64,000 nt of DNA from Candidatus Collierbacteria bacterium (GTDB lineage Bacteria; Patescibacteriota; Microgenomatia; UBA1400; JACPES01). This document shows, piece by piece, positions 18,575 to 27,140 of the stretch. Below the pieces are notes generated by a model. That model was not told where the DNA came from, ran no database searches, and worked only from the letters and a program-made list of their open reading frames with translations. Within the stretch, counting starts at the first letter, position 1. Each line of letters begins with the position of its first letter. Where the stretch lies: contig JACPES010000003.1 of assembly GCA_016183365.1 (NCBI GenBank), positions 105,467 through 169,466 of the forward strand, in the 5' to 3' direction. The translations under genes were made by a program, and so were the position numbers.

Positions 18575-19477
18575 TCAGTTGTTAATGTAATACTGCTCTG
18601 CCAGTGTGAAAAAATTTGATGCATCAAGTTTATTCCATTGCCAGAGTTTATCTCCGAAAAGCTTGTGTTGATGGCTTACCGTCAATAATTGATCCGCATC
18701 GCATTTCCTTAATATAAAATCAAATACGTAGGTAAGCGAAGTTTGATGATCGCCGTTAAAATGACCATTCGGAGCATTATAAATGGCACATTCAATAAAA
18801 TATGAAGGTGCTGTTTTTTGGTCAAAGCATTCACCCTCAACTAACTTTCGGCGTATATTTTTGACCACTCTCACAATATCTTTATACATCTCATCAGTTC
18901 TGTGCTGGGCATTTTTGTCTTCGCCGTGCTGAATATGTACTCGCGGATAATTGATTATTTCCGTGTTTTCTCTAATGGTCCGGAATTTCATTCCCTCTAC
19001 ATAGTCTTTTTTGTTGGATAAATCAAAACTGTTGTAGTTTCGATGTTGGAGACAAGGTACAACGTCTGCATTTAGTAAATTTTGATCTCCAATCAATTTT
19101 ATGCTTTTATTTCCGCTTGTTTTAATTTTTGATGTCCCAAAATGTGAAATTAACGCATTGATAACATCTTGCCGAAAATCTGACCAGTGGTAGGCTGCAT
19201 TGGAATATGTTAAATCAAAAAGGCTTTTTTGAAACGCATTGACCCTGGTGGTGTTGGGTGAAAACGTTGAGTTCAGCTGGACAACGATGTCAACATCACT
19301 GTCTGACTTGGTGTTGGTGCTATTAGCGTAAGAACCCTGCAAGTACACTTCAAAATTTCGGAGTTTGAGAGCCTCACTTAGAGATAGAGCTTTTCTTATC
19401 TGCTCATTGGTATGTTGAATTTTTGCACTCGCAGGTGCGTTTGCCCACGTTTGTAATTGATCGTTGCTAATCGCCAT
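18575..19477 (-). CDS. cGAS/DncV-like nucleotidyltransferase (CD-NTase, SMODS domain, clade-E-like)
   Basis: Nucleotidyltransferase signature GSYANSTNTKSDSDVDIVV, a downstream catalytic Asp in NADVVPC, and a helical C-terminal domain. 300 aa. Confidence 0.7.
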   Translation of the reverse strand: MAISNDQLQTWANAPASAKIQHTNEQIRKALSLSEALKLRNFEVYLQGSYANSTNTKSDSDVDIVVQLNSTFSPNTTRVNAFQKSLFDLTYSNAAYHWSDFRQDVINALISHFGTSKIKTSGNKSIKLIGDQNLLNADVVPCLQHRNYNSFDLSNKKDYVEGMKFRTIRENTEIINYPRVHIQHGEDKNAQHRTDEMYKDIVRVVKNIRRKLVEGECFDQKTAPSYFIECAIYNAPNGHFNGDHQTSLTYVFDFILRKCDADQLLTVSHQHKLFGDKLWQWNKLDASNFFTLAEQYYINN

Positions 19478-19536
19478 ATTTTCCCTATTGACATGAGTAG
19501 TAAAAAAGTAATAAACTAATAATATAACAACTGCCT

Positions 19537-20139
19537 ATGAAAGTCAATGTTCAAATGACCATAACTCCGAAGCAGAAGCGGGTACTTGATTTTATTAAGA
19601 GCTTTGTCAAGGACAACGGTTATTCGCCGTCGCTTCATGAAATAGCGAAACATTTCCGAAAATCCGTCAGTACCGCCCAGCATTTCGTGGAAGAATTGGG
19701 AAACAGGGGATTTCTCCAAAAAACCGATAACATGGCGCGCGGAATTAGCACAACAATTCAGCAATCCGGTCGCATTTTTAAGCTTGGCATCATTGCCGCC
19801 GGAGAACCGATAGAACCGATTGAAAATCCCGAACCGATAGACGTGCCGTTATCCATGATCAGCAGAAAAGGCGATTATTATGCACTCGAAGTTAAAGGGA
19901 CAAGCATGGAGGACGATAATATCCTCGATGGTGATGTTATCGTAGTCCGGCATCAGAAAACTGCGCAGGACAGTGATCGCGTGGTTGCCATAACTGAAAA
20001 AGGCGCAACCCTGAAAGTTTATCGGCAAAAAAACGGAATGGCTTATCTTGAACCCCGAAATAAATCATTGGCGAATATCTATCCGAAAAAGCTTGAAATA
20101 AGAGGAAAGTTTTGTGGTTTAATAAGAAAGGGAGATTAA
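19537..20139 (+). CDS. lexA: LexA repressor (S24 peptidase)
   Basis: N-terminal wHTH (SPSLHEIAKHF), linker AAG, catalytic Ser in GTSM and Lys in RKGD-region. Transcribed divergently from the CD-NTase gene. True start may be the internal Met at about 19555. Confidence 0.8.
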   Translation: MKVNVQMTITPKQKRVLDFIKSFVKDNGYSPSLHEIAKHFRKSVSTAQHFVEELGNRGFLQKTDNMARGISTTIQQSGRIFKLGIIAAGEPIEPIENPEPIDVPLSMISRKGDYYALEVKGTSMEDDNILDGDVIVVRHQKTAQDSDRVVAITEKGATLKVYRQKNGMAYLEPRNKSLANIYPKKLEIRGKFCGLIRKGD

Positions 20140-20166
20140 TGAACAGCTTGCCCGATTTCCAAAAGA

Positions 20167-20568
20167 ATGACAGATGTTTTTTCAAAGAAAAAGCGAAGCA
20201 GCATAATGTCCCTGATCGCCGGGAAAAACACGAAACCGGAGGTTATGGTCAGAAAAATTTTGTTTTCTTTGGGATATCGCTATCGATTGCATGTCTCTAA
20301 ATTACCGGGAAAGCCTGATATAGTTCTCGGTAAACAAAAAACGGCAATCTTCATAAACGGTTGTTTTTGGCATAAACATAATTGCGGTAAAAATGTAAAA
20401 CCAAGTACGAACATCAAGTTCTGGAAAAATAAACTGGATGAAAACGTAGAAAGACAAAAACAAAATATAAAAGAACTCAAAAATCTTGGTTGGAAACCAA
20501 TTATCATATGGGAATGCCAAACCAAGAAACAAAACCGACTGATTAACTTGTTACATAAAAGATTATGA
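20167..20568 (+). CDS. vsr: Very short patch repair endonuclease
   Basis: FINGCFWHKHNC ... FW-NK ... IWECQ motifs. Confidence 0.8.
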   Translation: MTDVFSKKKRSSIMSLIAGKNTKPEVMVRKILFSLGYRYRLHVSKLPGKPDIVLGKQKTAIFINGCFWHKHNCGKNVKPSTNIKFWKNKLDENVERQKQNIKELKNLGWKPIIIWECQTKKQNRLINLLHKRL

Positions 20569-21680
20569 AAAACAATATAAATCCAACATTCATAGATTTA
20601 TTTGCCGGAGCCGGGGGTTTGTCTATCGGACTTGAGCAGGCGGGGTTTAAGTTGGTTGCCGCAACCGATTGGGATCATTGGAGTTGCGAAACGTTGTGTG
20701 CAAATCATAAAAATATCATTGTAGAAGAAGGAGATATTTCCCTAGTTGATCTCGATGTGTTTCAAAAGAAGCTTCCGGTATCTGATGTAGATATGATAGT
20801 AGGAGGGCCGCCGTGTCAAGGATTTAGTGCTTTAGGCAAAAGATTAGTGAATGATCCAAGGAATCAGCTGTGGCGACAATACATGCGTTTTGTTGAGCAC
20901 TTTCTTCCAAAAGTATTTTTAATGGAAAATGTTCCCGAATTACTGAAGAGTCAGGAGTTTGCAGAAGTTAAATCTACGGCGGAACGACTCGGTTATATTA
21001 TTGAAGCAAAAATATTGCATGCAGTTGATTACGGAGTGCCGCAAAAACGGAAACGAGCAATCATAATCGGAAGCAGAATAGGAGCGCCAAAACACCCGGA
21101 GCCAACGCATCATGGCTTTGGTCAAATGTCGATTGATTCAAACGGAAAGGATCCGTGGAGGACAGTGGGTGATGTTATTCGAGATCTTCCGTTGGAGCCG
21201 GATGGAGAGAATTGGCACGTGGGAAGAAACCCAACGGCTAAATCACTAGCTAGATATAAGACAGTGCCTCCGGGCGGGAACAGATTTAATCTGCCGATTG
21301 AGCTCATGCCGAATTGCTGGATAAAAAAGAAAACGGGATCGACGGACGTTTTTGGAAGGTTAGAATGGAGTAAGCCCTCGTTGACAATAAGGACGGAATT
21401 TTTTAAGCCGGAAAAAGGAAGATATTTGCACCCGCAAGCCCATCGGCCGATTACGGTTAGGGAGGCGGCTAGGCTTCAGACATTTCCGGACAATTATATA
21501 TTAGTCGGATCTCATATAAACGTCGCCAAACAGGTTGGTAATGCCGTTCCGTGTGAATTGGCGAGAAAAGTGGGATTAGAAATACGTAAATTATTTGAGG
21601 TTGTTCTTGATGAGATCAAGCAGAAGAGCGTTGACAGTGATGCCTCTTTTCCCCGCGACTTCAGTTATCTTCAAACGTAG
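20565..21680 (+). CDS. dcm: DNA (cytosine-5)-methyltransferase
   Basis: Motif I DLFAGAGGLS, motif IV GGPPCQGFS, ENV, and a C-terminal QVGNAV. 4-nt overlap with vsr. Confidence 0.85.
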   Translation: MKNNINPTFIDLFAGAGGLSIGLEQAGFKLVAATDWDHWSCETLCANHKNIIVEEGDISLVDLDVFQKKLPVSDVDMIVGGPPCQGFSALGKRLVNDPRNQLWRQYMRFVEHFLPKVFLMENVPELLKSQEFAEVKSTAERLGYIIEAKILHAVDYGVPQKRKRAIIIGSRIGAPKHPEPTHHGFGQMSIDSNGKDPWRTVGDVIRDLPLEPDGENWHVGRNPTAKSLARYKTVPPGGNRFNLPIELMPNCWIKKKTGSTDVFGRLEWSKPSLTIRTEFFKPEKGRYLHPQAHRPITVREAARLQTFPDNYILVGSHINVAKQVGNAVPCELARKVGLEIRKLFEVVLDEIKQKSVDSDASFPRDFSYLQT

Positions 21681-22190
21681 GTCATCAGACAGGTTAAGGG
21701 TAATAATTTTATTTTTTGCCGTTTCGGGGTAAGCTAGGAGAGATTTTTTACCCGCATTGCATCTGCTGCAGAGTGTCCATAAGTTATTTTCTGTCGTTTT
21801 TCCTCCGAGTGTTAGCGGCTTTATGTGATCAATCTCCAATTTTACCCGTATCCCATCGGAAGATTTATCCTTATTTGTGTTCCCGCAAGTCTGACAGGTG
21901 TAATTATCCCGTTCAAGAATTTTAGACCGTAGCTTCAGGTTAATATATTTGTCCGCCGACTTTGTAGATTTTTTTACTGATTTAAGAATGTAACCTCTGT
22001 CACTATTTACGTATTTAATTTTCCAGCCCTCCGCGCGCAACTCTCGAATTCTTCGCGCGTAATTGTGTTGGCCGGAAACTTGTATCAATTCCTCGTTGGT
22101 AACGATTTTACCAAGCTTGGCATACAACGCATCGAGCAACTTTTGCCAGACTCCGTTTTTTGAGCTGGTTGGTTTATCGATTGCTTTCAT
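21591..22190 (-). CDS. HNH-family restriction endonuclease (N-terminal winged helix, C-terminal RHH-like tail)
   Basis: HNH core CQTCG ... DHIKP ... NLWTLCSRCN. The 3' end overlaps dcm convergently by 90 bp. Confidence 0.65.
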   Translation of the reverse strand: MKAIDKPTSSKNGVWQKLLDALYAKLGKIVTNEELIQVSGQHNYARRIRELRAEGWKIKYVNSDRGYILKSVKKSTKSADKYINLKLRSKILERDNYTCQTCGNTNKDKSSDGIRVKLEIDHIKPLTLGGKTTENNLWTLCSRCNAGKKSLLAYPETAKNKIITLNLSDDLRLKITEVAGKRGITVNALLLDLIKNNLK

Positions 22191-22402
22191 AAATTATCGA
22201 GTAAGTCAGAAATTCTTATTTTTAGCGCTTTGGCAATTTTTTCGATGTTCTCAAGTGTAATATTTTTTTCCGCACGTTCAATCATTCCTATATATGTTCT
22301 GTGCACTCCCACAATATCTGCAAACTGCTCTTGCGACAATTTTTGTTTAAGTCGCTCTTCGCGGACTTTTTGTCCAAATTTAATAAGGATATCTTTTTTC
22401 AT
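22187..22402 (-). CDS. XRE-family HTH controller (C) protein of the restriction-modification system
   Basis: 71 aa HTH_3 (LSQEQFADIVGVHRTYIGMIERAEKNITLENIEKIAKAL). 4-nt overlap with the downstream HNH gene. Confidence 0.7.
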   Translation of the reverse strand: MKKDILIKFGQKVREERLKQKLSQEQFADIVGVHRTYIGMIERAEKNITLENIEKIAKALKIRISDLLDNL

Positions 22403-22744
22403 TGTTCTGACAAGAATTATAGGTAGTTGCTAACTTTGATGCTACATACTATAGTTAGCGAAGATATTTTTGAAAATTTTTGTGGGGAAGTTTTGGGTTG
22501 AAATTTCAACCGTTCGAACAGGCCCGCATCGCGCAGAACTTTCCAACGTATTCACCCTCTTTGTCATTTCTAGTCGGGTTTTCGGGACCGAAAATTCCGA
22601 CGGCAGCGTGACGGCTCAAAATATTCAACTAGATCCAACACGGGGAGGAATGTTTGGCCAACACTCAGGTAATTGAGATAGATAATGTTGACGTCTAATA
22701 CCCCGGTGGAATATTCTATTTCTTGAGGAAAGGAGGTGAAAAAT

Positions 22745-23011
22745 ATGAAGCATGAACCAAATGCCACTGCCAACGCCGCGGCTGTAACAGTGGCAATAAT
22801 TTTTATTTTTTGCCGGTTGGCTGTGGCTCTTTTACCTGATCTGACGATGGCGATTGCCCAATCGTGGTTCCATGGATTGGAAATAAGCAAGATTTCCGGA
22901 TGGAATCTGTCGCTTAGTTCATTTATCCTGGGATTGGTTACGTCTGCCGGAGGGACTTGGCTAGTTGGCTACGTTTTTGCCAATACTTACAACTATTTTG
23001 TAAAAAAATAG
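22745..23011 (+). CDS. Small membrane protein
   Basis: Strong RBS AAGGAGG 9 nt upstream of the ATG. Two TM helices. The antisense ORF 22570-22890 was rejected. Confidence 0.45.
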   Translation: MKHEPNATANAAAVTVAIIFIFCRLAVALLPDLTMAIAQSWFHGLEISKISGWNLSLSSFILGLVTSAGGTWLVGYVFANTYNYFVKK

Positions 23012-23059
23012 CCGTCAGGAACATTCGATTCATTGAATATTTTCCCGGGGTACTCTATA

Positions 23060-23236
23060 ATGGCGGGGATGAATGGTAAAAAAATCTTTGTCGTCTGTCT
23101 AGGATTGGCCGTTATCGCGGTCATCGCAGTTTCTGTTTTCAAAGTATCTGCCGGAACGTTGTTTTTTGCCGGCGCTATTTTGGCATGTCCGCTTATGCAC
23201 GTCTGGATGATGAAAGATGGAAAACACAAACATTAG
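23060..23236 (+). CDS. DUF2933-like small membrane protein
   Basis: TM helix followed by CPLMHVWMM. Start ambiguous (23033, 23060 or 23069). Confidence 0.45.
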   Translation: MAGMNGKKIFVVCLGLAVIAVIAVSVFKVSAGTLFFAGAILACPLMHVWMMKDGKHKH

Positions 23237-23239
23237 TTT

Positions 23240-24103
23240 ATGAATTCTCTGATCGGCTTTTCGGCAGTTACTTCTTTTATCGCCGGCAGCGCGGCGTTAT
23301 TCGCCCCTTGCTGTATTGGTGTTTTGCTCCCTTCGTATTTCGGTTCAGTCTTCAAACAGAGAACAATGATATTTTTTATGACGTTTGTCTATTTCTTAGG
23401 ACTGTTAACGGTATTTTTGCCGATCGGTTTGGGAATCTCGTTTGTAGGGATTGTTTTAAGGGAATACCACAGTGTCCTTTTTTCCGTAGGAGCTATTTTT
23501 ATGATGCTGTTGGGGATTTTTCTTTTAGCCGGAAAGCAGTTTGCCATACCTTCGCCGGTCCATCCGCGACTATCTAAATATACCGTTGGTTCGATTTTTA
23601 TCCTGGGAATTTTTTCAGCCATTTCGACTACCTGCTGCGCGCCGGTTTTAATCGGAGTATTGACAGTTTCATCTCTGGCCGGATCTTTGATATTGGGCGG
23701 ACTCTATACCGTAAGTTACGTTTTAGGGATGGCGTTGCCGTTATTTCTGATTGCCGTGGTTTTAGATAAAACCGGCATAACCAACAAACTCTGGCTGTTC
23801 CGCCGGAGCATAAAAATTAAAGTTGCTGGAATTAGTTGGTCTATCCTAATTTCCAATTTGATTGCCGGGACAACATTTGTTCTTTTTGGCGCTTATGTTT
23901 TATATTTATCTTTGACAAATAAATTATTAATGCAATCAGACGCGCAATTTAAGGCAAACCTTTGGTTGGCTGGGATTAATCGGACAGCCTCAAATTTAAC
24001 CAGTCCGGTAATTGAGTATCTGGGAGCCGGGCTGGTTATAGCTATCATGATTTTGATTGTCAAATTATCCATTAGACAATTTAAGGAAAGGGGGTGGAAA
24101 TAA
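23240..24103 (+). CDS. ccdA: Cytochrome c biogenesis protein CcdA / DsbD-like thiol-disulfide transporter
   Basis: Polytopic membrane protein with paired Cys motifs (APCCIGVL, STTCCAPVL). Confidence 0.65.
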   Translation: MNSLIGFSAVTSFIAGSAALFAPCCIGVLLPSYFGSVFKQRTMIFFMTFVYFLGLLTVFLPIGLGISFVGIVLREYHSVLFSVGAIFMMLLGIFLLAGKQFAIPSPVHPRLSKYTVGSIFILGIFSAISTTCCAPVLIGVLTVSSLAGSLILGGLYTVSYVLGMALPLFLIAVVLDKTGITNKLWLFRRSIKIKVAGISWSILISNLIAGTTFVLFGAYVLYLSLTNKLLMQSDAQFKANLWLAGINRTASNLTSPVIEYLGAGLVIAIMILIVKLSIRQFKERGWK

Positions 24104-24738
24104 TGAAAAGAAAAGATTGGATATTATTATTGTTTGGTAGCGGTATTTTAACGTCTCTAATAGTACTAATTTTGCGCTTACCTCCGGTTTCGCCCAAGCC
24201 CCAGATCAGTCAGGCCACATCCACGGACGATCACCACAAACCACAACCCGCAAATGAGGCGGTGTTTAAGAACTTGCTGAATAAACCGGCGCCGGATTTT
24301 TCTTTGGTTGACTATAATGGCCGGACCGTCAATCTCAAGTCGTTGCAGGGAAAAAATGTATTGCTGTTTTTTAACGAAGGGCTGATGTGTTATCCGGCTT
24401 GTTGGAATCAAATTGTCGCTTTTGGAAAAGATGCGGCTTTGAAACAAGCCGGGGTGACGATTCTAAACATCACCGTTGATACCAAATCCCAGTGGGCGGA
24501 AGCAATCGCCAAAATGCCGGAATTGGCCCCAGCCACCGTTCTTTTTGACAAAGATAAAAAAGCATCTGCCAGTTATGGTGTTTTGGATCTGGCATCGTCG
24601 ATGCACCGGGGCCAATTTCCGGGGCATTCTTATGTTTTGATTGATAAAAACGGAGAAGTGAAGTTCGTTTGGGATGACCCGCAAATGGCCGTTAGAAATT
24701 CCGAGTTATTGGCCAAGGTTAACGAGTTGCCAAAATAG
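24094..24738 (+). CDS. Thioredoxin-fold (TlpA/ResA/redoxin-like) thiol-disulfide oxidoreductase
   Basis: TM anchor, PAPDFSLVDYNGRTVNLKSLQGKNVLLFF, and an unusual CYPAC (CxxxC) active-site spacing. Confidence 0.6.
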   Translation: MEIMKRKDWILLLFGSGILTSLIVLILRLPPVSPKPQISQATSTDDHHKPQPANEAVFKNLLNKPAPDFSLVDYNGRTVNLKSLQGKNVLLFFNEGLMCYPACWNQIVAFGKDAALKQAGVTILNITVDTKSQWAEAIAKMPELAPATVLFDKDKKASASYGVLDLASSMHRGQFPGHSYVLIDKNGEVKFVWDDPQMAVRNSELLAKVNELPK

Positions 24739-24778
24739 GCTTTGACAAATAGTGGGTCAATCGGCTACATTAGTTTCA

Positions 24779-25615
24779 ATGATGAGAGTCTTAAAAAATT
24801 CCGGCCAAATGGAACCGTTTGACCCCAAAAAGGTCGAGCGGTCTTTGCGGAATTCCGGGGCTGATGATAGATTGATTGATTCAATTTTAATTAAGATCAA
24901 TCAGGAGATATTTGACGGGATTTCCACCCGAAAGCTTTATGAGCGGATTTATGGCTTACTCCATAAAGAGAAACAGTCTGTTGGCGACAGATACAATTTG
25001 AAATCGGCGATTGCGGAATTGGGGCCGACCGGATACCCGTTTGAAAAATTTATCGCCAGGCTTTTGACCCACAGCGGCTATCAAACCCAAACCAACATTA
25101 TCGCTCCCGGAAAGTGCGTCACCCACGAAATTGATGTGGTGGCGATTAAAGGGAAAGAACGGCTGATGGTGGAGTGTAAATTTCATACCCGGCCCGAAGG
25201 CCGGTCCGACGTCAAAGTGGCTTTGTACATTAAGGCCAGATTTGATGATTTGGTATCCGGATCCAAAAAATCTGCCCAAAATTTAAAATTTCATCGGGCA
25301 TGGCTGGTAACCAATACCAAATTGACCTACGACGCCATCACCTATGGAGAATGCGTCGGATTAAAAATGTTGGCCTGGAGTTATCCTAAAATTGGATCTT
25401 TGCAGTATTTAATTGAAGGATCCGGCCTTCATCCGGTCACCTGTTTGTCTTCGCTGTCGGCAGATCAGAAACAGAAACTATTGTCAGCAGATATAGTTTT
25501 ATGCCACGACATGATGAATAAAAAAGATGAGGTGATTAAGCTACTCGGCCTGCCAAGACCAGCCGCCAATCTTCTGTTTAAACAAATATCCGCCCTCTGC
25601 GGAATCGATTCTTAA
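24779..25615 (+). CDS. ATP-cone domain protein fused to a restriction-endonuclease-like (Mrr_cat) domain
   Basis: N-terminus MRVLKNSGQMEPFDPKKVERSL (ATP-cone). Middle region with the PD-(D/E)XK-like motif IDVVAIKGKERLMVECKF. Confidence 0.55.
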   Translation: MMRVLKNSGQMEPFDPKKVERSLRNSGADDRLIDSILIKINQEIFDGISTRKLYERIYGLLHKEKQSVGDRYNLKSAIAELGPTGYPFEKFIARLLTHSGYQTQTNIIAPGKCVTHEIDVVAIKGKERLMVECKFHTRPEGRSDVKVALYIKARFDDLVSGSKKSAQNLKFHRAWLVTNTKLTYDAITYGECVGLKMLAWSYPKIGSLQYLIEGSGLHPVTCLSSLSADQKQKLLSADIVLCHDMMNKKDEVIKLLGLPRPAANLLFKQISALCGIDS

Positions 25616-25866
25616 TTGTGACTTTAGAAGTATTTAGCAATGACCAGCGGGTTTGTTATGTATATAAAAAAATGGGATTTACGGAGTTTGAAGTTTTGCC
25701 AAAGTCAGTGGTTCACCGGGGAGAAATTATTAATTTGATACAAATGTATAAAAAAGATGACTTCTAATCTCCAAAATAAAATCGGAAAATCCCGATTTCT
25801 TACTTCATCATCCCGAAGAATCGGTTAGTCTAATTGCTTCCGAAGCATAGAATATACTTGACAATA

Positions 25867-25894
25867 GATATCGATATTTTAAAATATTGATATA
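25867..25894. promoter_or_regulatory. Family A palindrome gatatcgatattttaaaatattgatata overlapping the putative promoter of the TrpR-like gene
   Basis: Near-perfect 28-bp inverted repeat. TTGACA lies a few bp upstream, at 25858-25863. Confidence 0.45.
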
Positions 25895-26351
25895 TTATAT
25901 GGCGCAAATTTCCCGTCGTTTTATAAAACCAAAAGTCGGAGCCAAGATCCAGAATCTTTTAATTGATTGCATCCAAAGATGCAACGATCAGAAAACTACC
26001 GTTAGTTTTGTTGAAAGTCTGTTGACTGAAACCGAAAAAACAATGTTGGCCAAGCGGATTGCCATCGCCCTAATGATCCTTAAGGGGGAGGATTACGAAA
26101 GAATTGATAATACTCTCAAAGTCTCAAAGGCTACGATTTGGAGGGTAAAAATATGGCTGGATACTAAGGGCTTCGGTTTCCGCTCTTTACTAAACGAAGT
26201 TCTTAAACATGATTCTGCTAAAGACCGTGAGAAAAAAAATCGGCTCGACAATGCAATAAATGATAATCCACTGTGGAGTGGCCCAGGAAACTGGTCGGCC
26301 AGAAAAAAGAACCAATGGCAGAAAGTTAAAGAAGCCGAGGAACCATTTTAA
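25887..26351 (+). CDS. TrpR-like / YerC-YecD family DNA-binding protein
   Basis: LLTETEKTMLAKRIAIALMILKGEDYERIDNTLKVSKATIWRV matches the Trp-repressor-like fold. The start may be MAQISRRF at 25902. Confidence 0.55.
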   Translation: MIYYMAQISRRFIKPKVGAKIQNLLIDCIQRCNDQKTTVSFVESLLTETEKTMLAKRIAIALMILKGEDYERIDNTLKVSKATIWRVKIWLDTKGFGFRSLLNEVLKHDSAKDREKKNRLDNAINDNPLWSGPGNWSARKKNQWQKVKEAEEPF

Positions 26352-26352
26352 T

Positions 26353-26382
26353 TATATCGATATTTTAAAATATCGATATAAT
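26353..26382. promoter_or_regulatory. Family A perfect 30-bp palindrome ttatatcgatattttaaaatatcgatataa
   Basis: Directly after the TrpR-like stop and upstream of the alkD-like gene. Confidence 0.45.
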
Positions 26383-26399
26383 TTATTTTTCAAAACTTT

Positions 26400-27140
26400 T
26401 TGGAAATGGATATAGATTTCGATAATGAACATGATTGGTTTAGAGAGAGATTGAAAGAGTCGGGAGATGAAAAACGGGCAACTGGCGAGAAGAAATATTT
26501 GAAGTCGCCATGGAAGTTTTACGGAGTTTCGGTGCCGCAGCGGTACAAAATTATCAAAGACTGGTTTAAAAAACATCAACCGCTTCAGCCTGATGAGGCC
26601 GGGAAATTAGCAGAAAGTTTATGGGATAGTGAATGGCATGAAGAGAAATCCTTGGCGATTGAAATTCTACAATTGGTTTCCGGTCGTTTGACTGTTAAAC
26701 AAATGCCGCTGGTGGAGAAAATGATTAACGAAGTCACCGGTTGGGACCACTTGGACGAAATCGCCATCCATGTCGTTGGCGCCATGATTGATAATGATAT
26801 GGCGGCATTGAAATATCTGCCCAAATGGACCAAGTCAAAAAATTTTTGGGTTCGGCGGGCGGCGATTTTATCTCAAATTCTGCAATTTAGGCGCCGTGAC
26901 GGTGACAAGAAATTATTTTGCGAACTGGTTGTACCGATGTTTGATGAAGGCGTGCGTTGGTCAAAAGAAGAAAGATTTTTCATCCGCAAAGCCATAGGTT
27001 GGACCTTAAGAGAAATTGCCAATGTTGAACCGGAAGTAGCATTTAACTTTGTCAAGCGGTATAAACATAAAATGTCCGGCCTGACTTTCCGCGAAGCCAG
27101 CCGTAAATTGCCGGTGAAATTTCGCGACCTTCTCGGCTAG
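26400..27140 (+). CDS. DNA alkylation repair enzyme (AlkD/AlkC-like HEAT-repeat glycosylase family)
   Basis: KYLKSPWKFYGVSVPQRYKI, WVRRAAI, and a HEAT-like architecture typical of pfam DNA_alkylation. Confidence 0.65.
   Translation: MEMDIDFDNEHDWFRERLKESGDEKRATGEKKYLKSPWKFYGVSVPQRYKIIKDWFKKHQPLQPDEAGKLAESLWDSEWHEEKSLAIEILQLVSGRLTVKQMPLVEKMINEVTGWDHLDEIAIHVVGAMIDNDMAALKYLPKWTKSKNFWVRRAAILSQILQFRRRDGDKKLFCELVVPMFDEGVRWSKEERFFIRKAIGWTLREIANVEPEVAFNFVKRYKHKMSGLTFREASRKLPVKFRDLLG

Noticed and set aside
19478-19536. LexA box in the lexA/CBASS spacer
   Set aside because: No CGAAC-N4-GTTCG or CTGT-N8-ACAG palindrome is present. The shared TATAACAA with recA upstream is more simply a -10 element.
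22570-22890. 106-aa minus-strand ORF
   Set aside because: The overlapping + strand ORF has a canonical AAGGAGG RBS and a membrane-protein-like sequence. The antisense ORF lacks both.
25640-25740. 31-aa ORF MGFTEFEVLPKSVVHRGEIINLIQMYKKDDF
   Set aside because: Too short and without recognisable features to call a gene from sequence alone.
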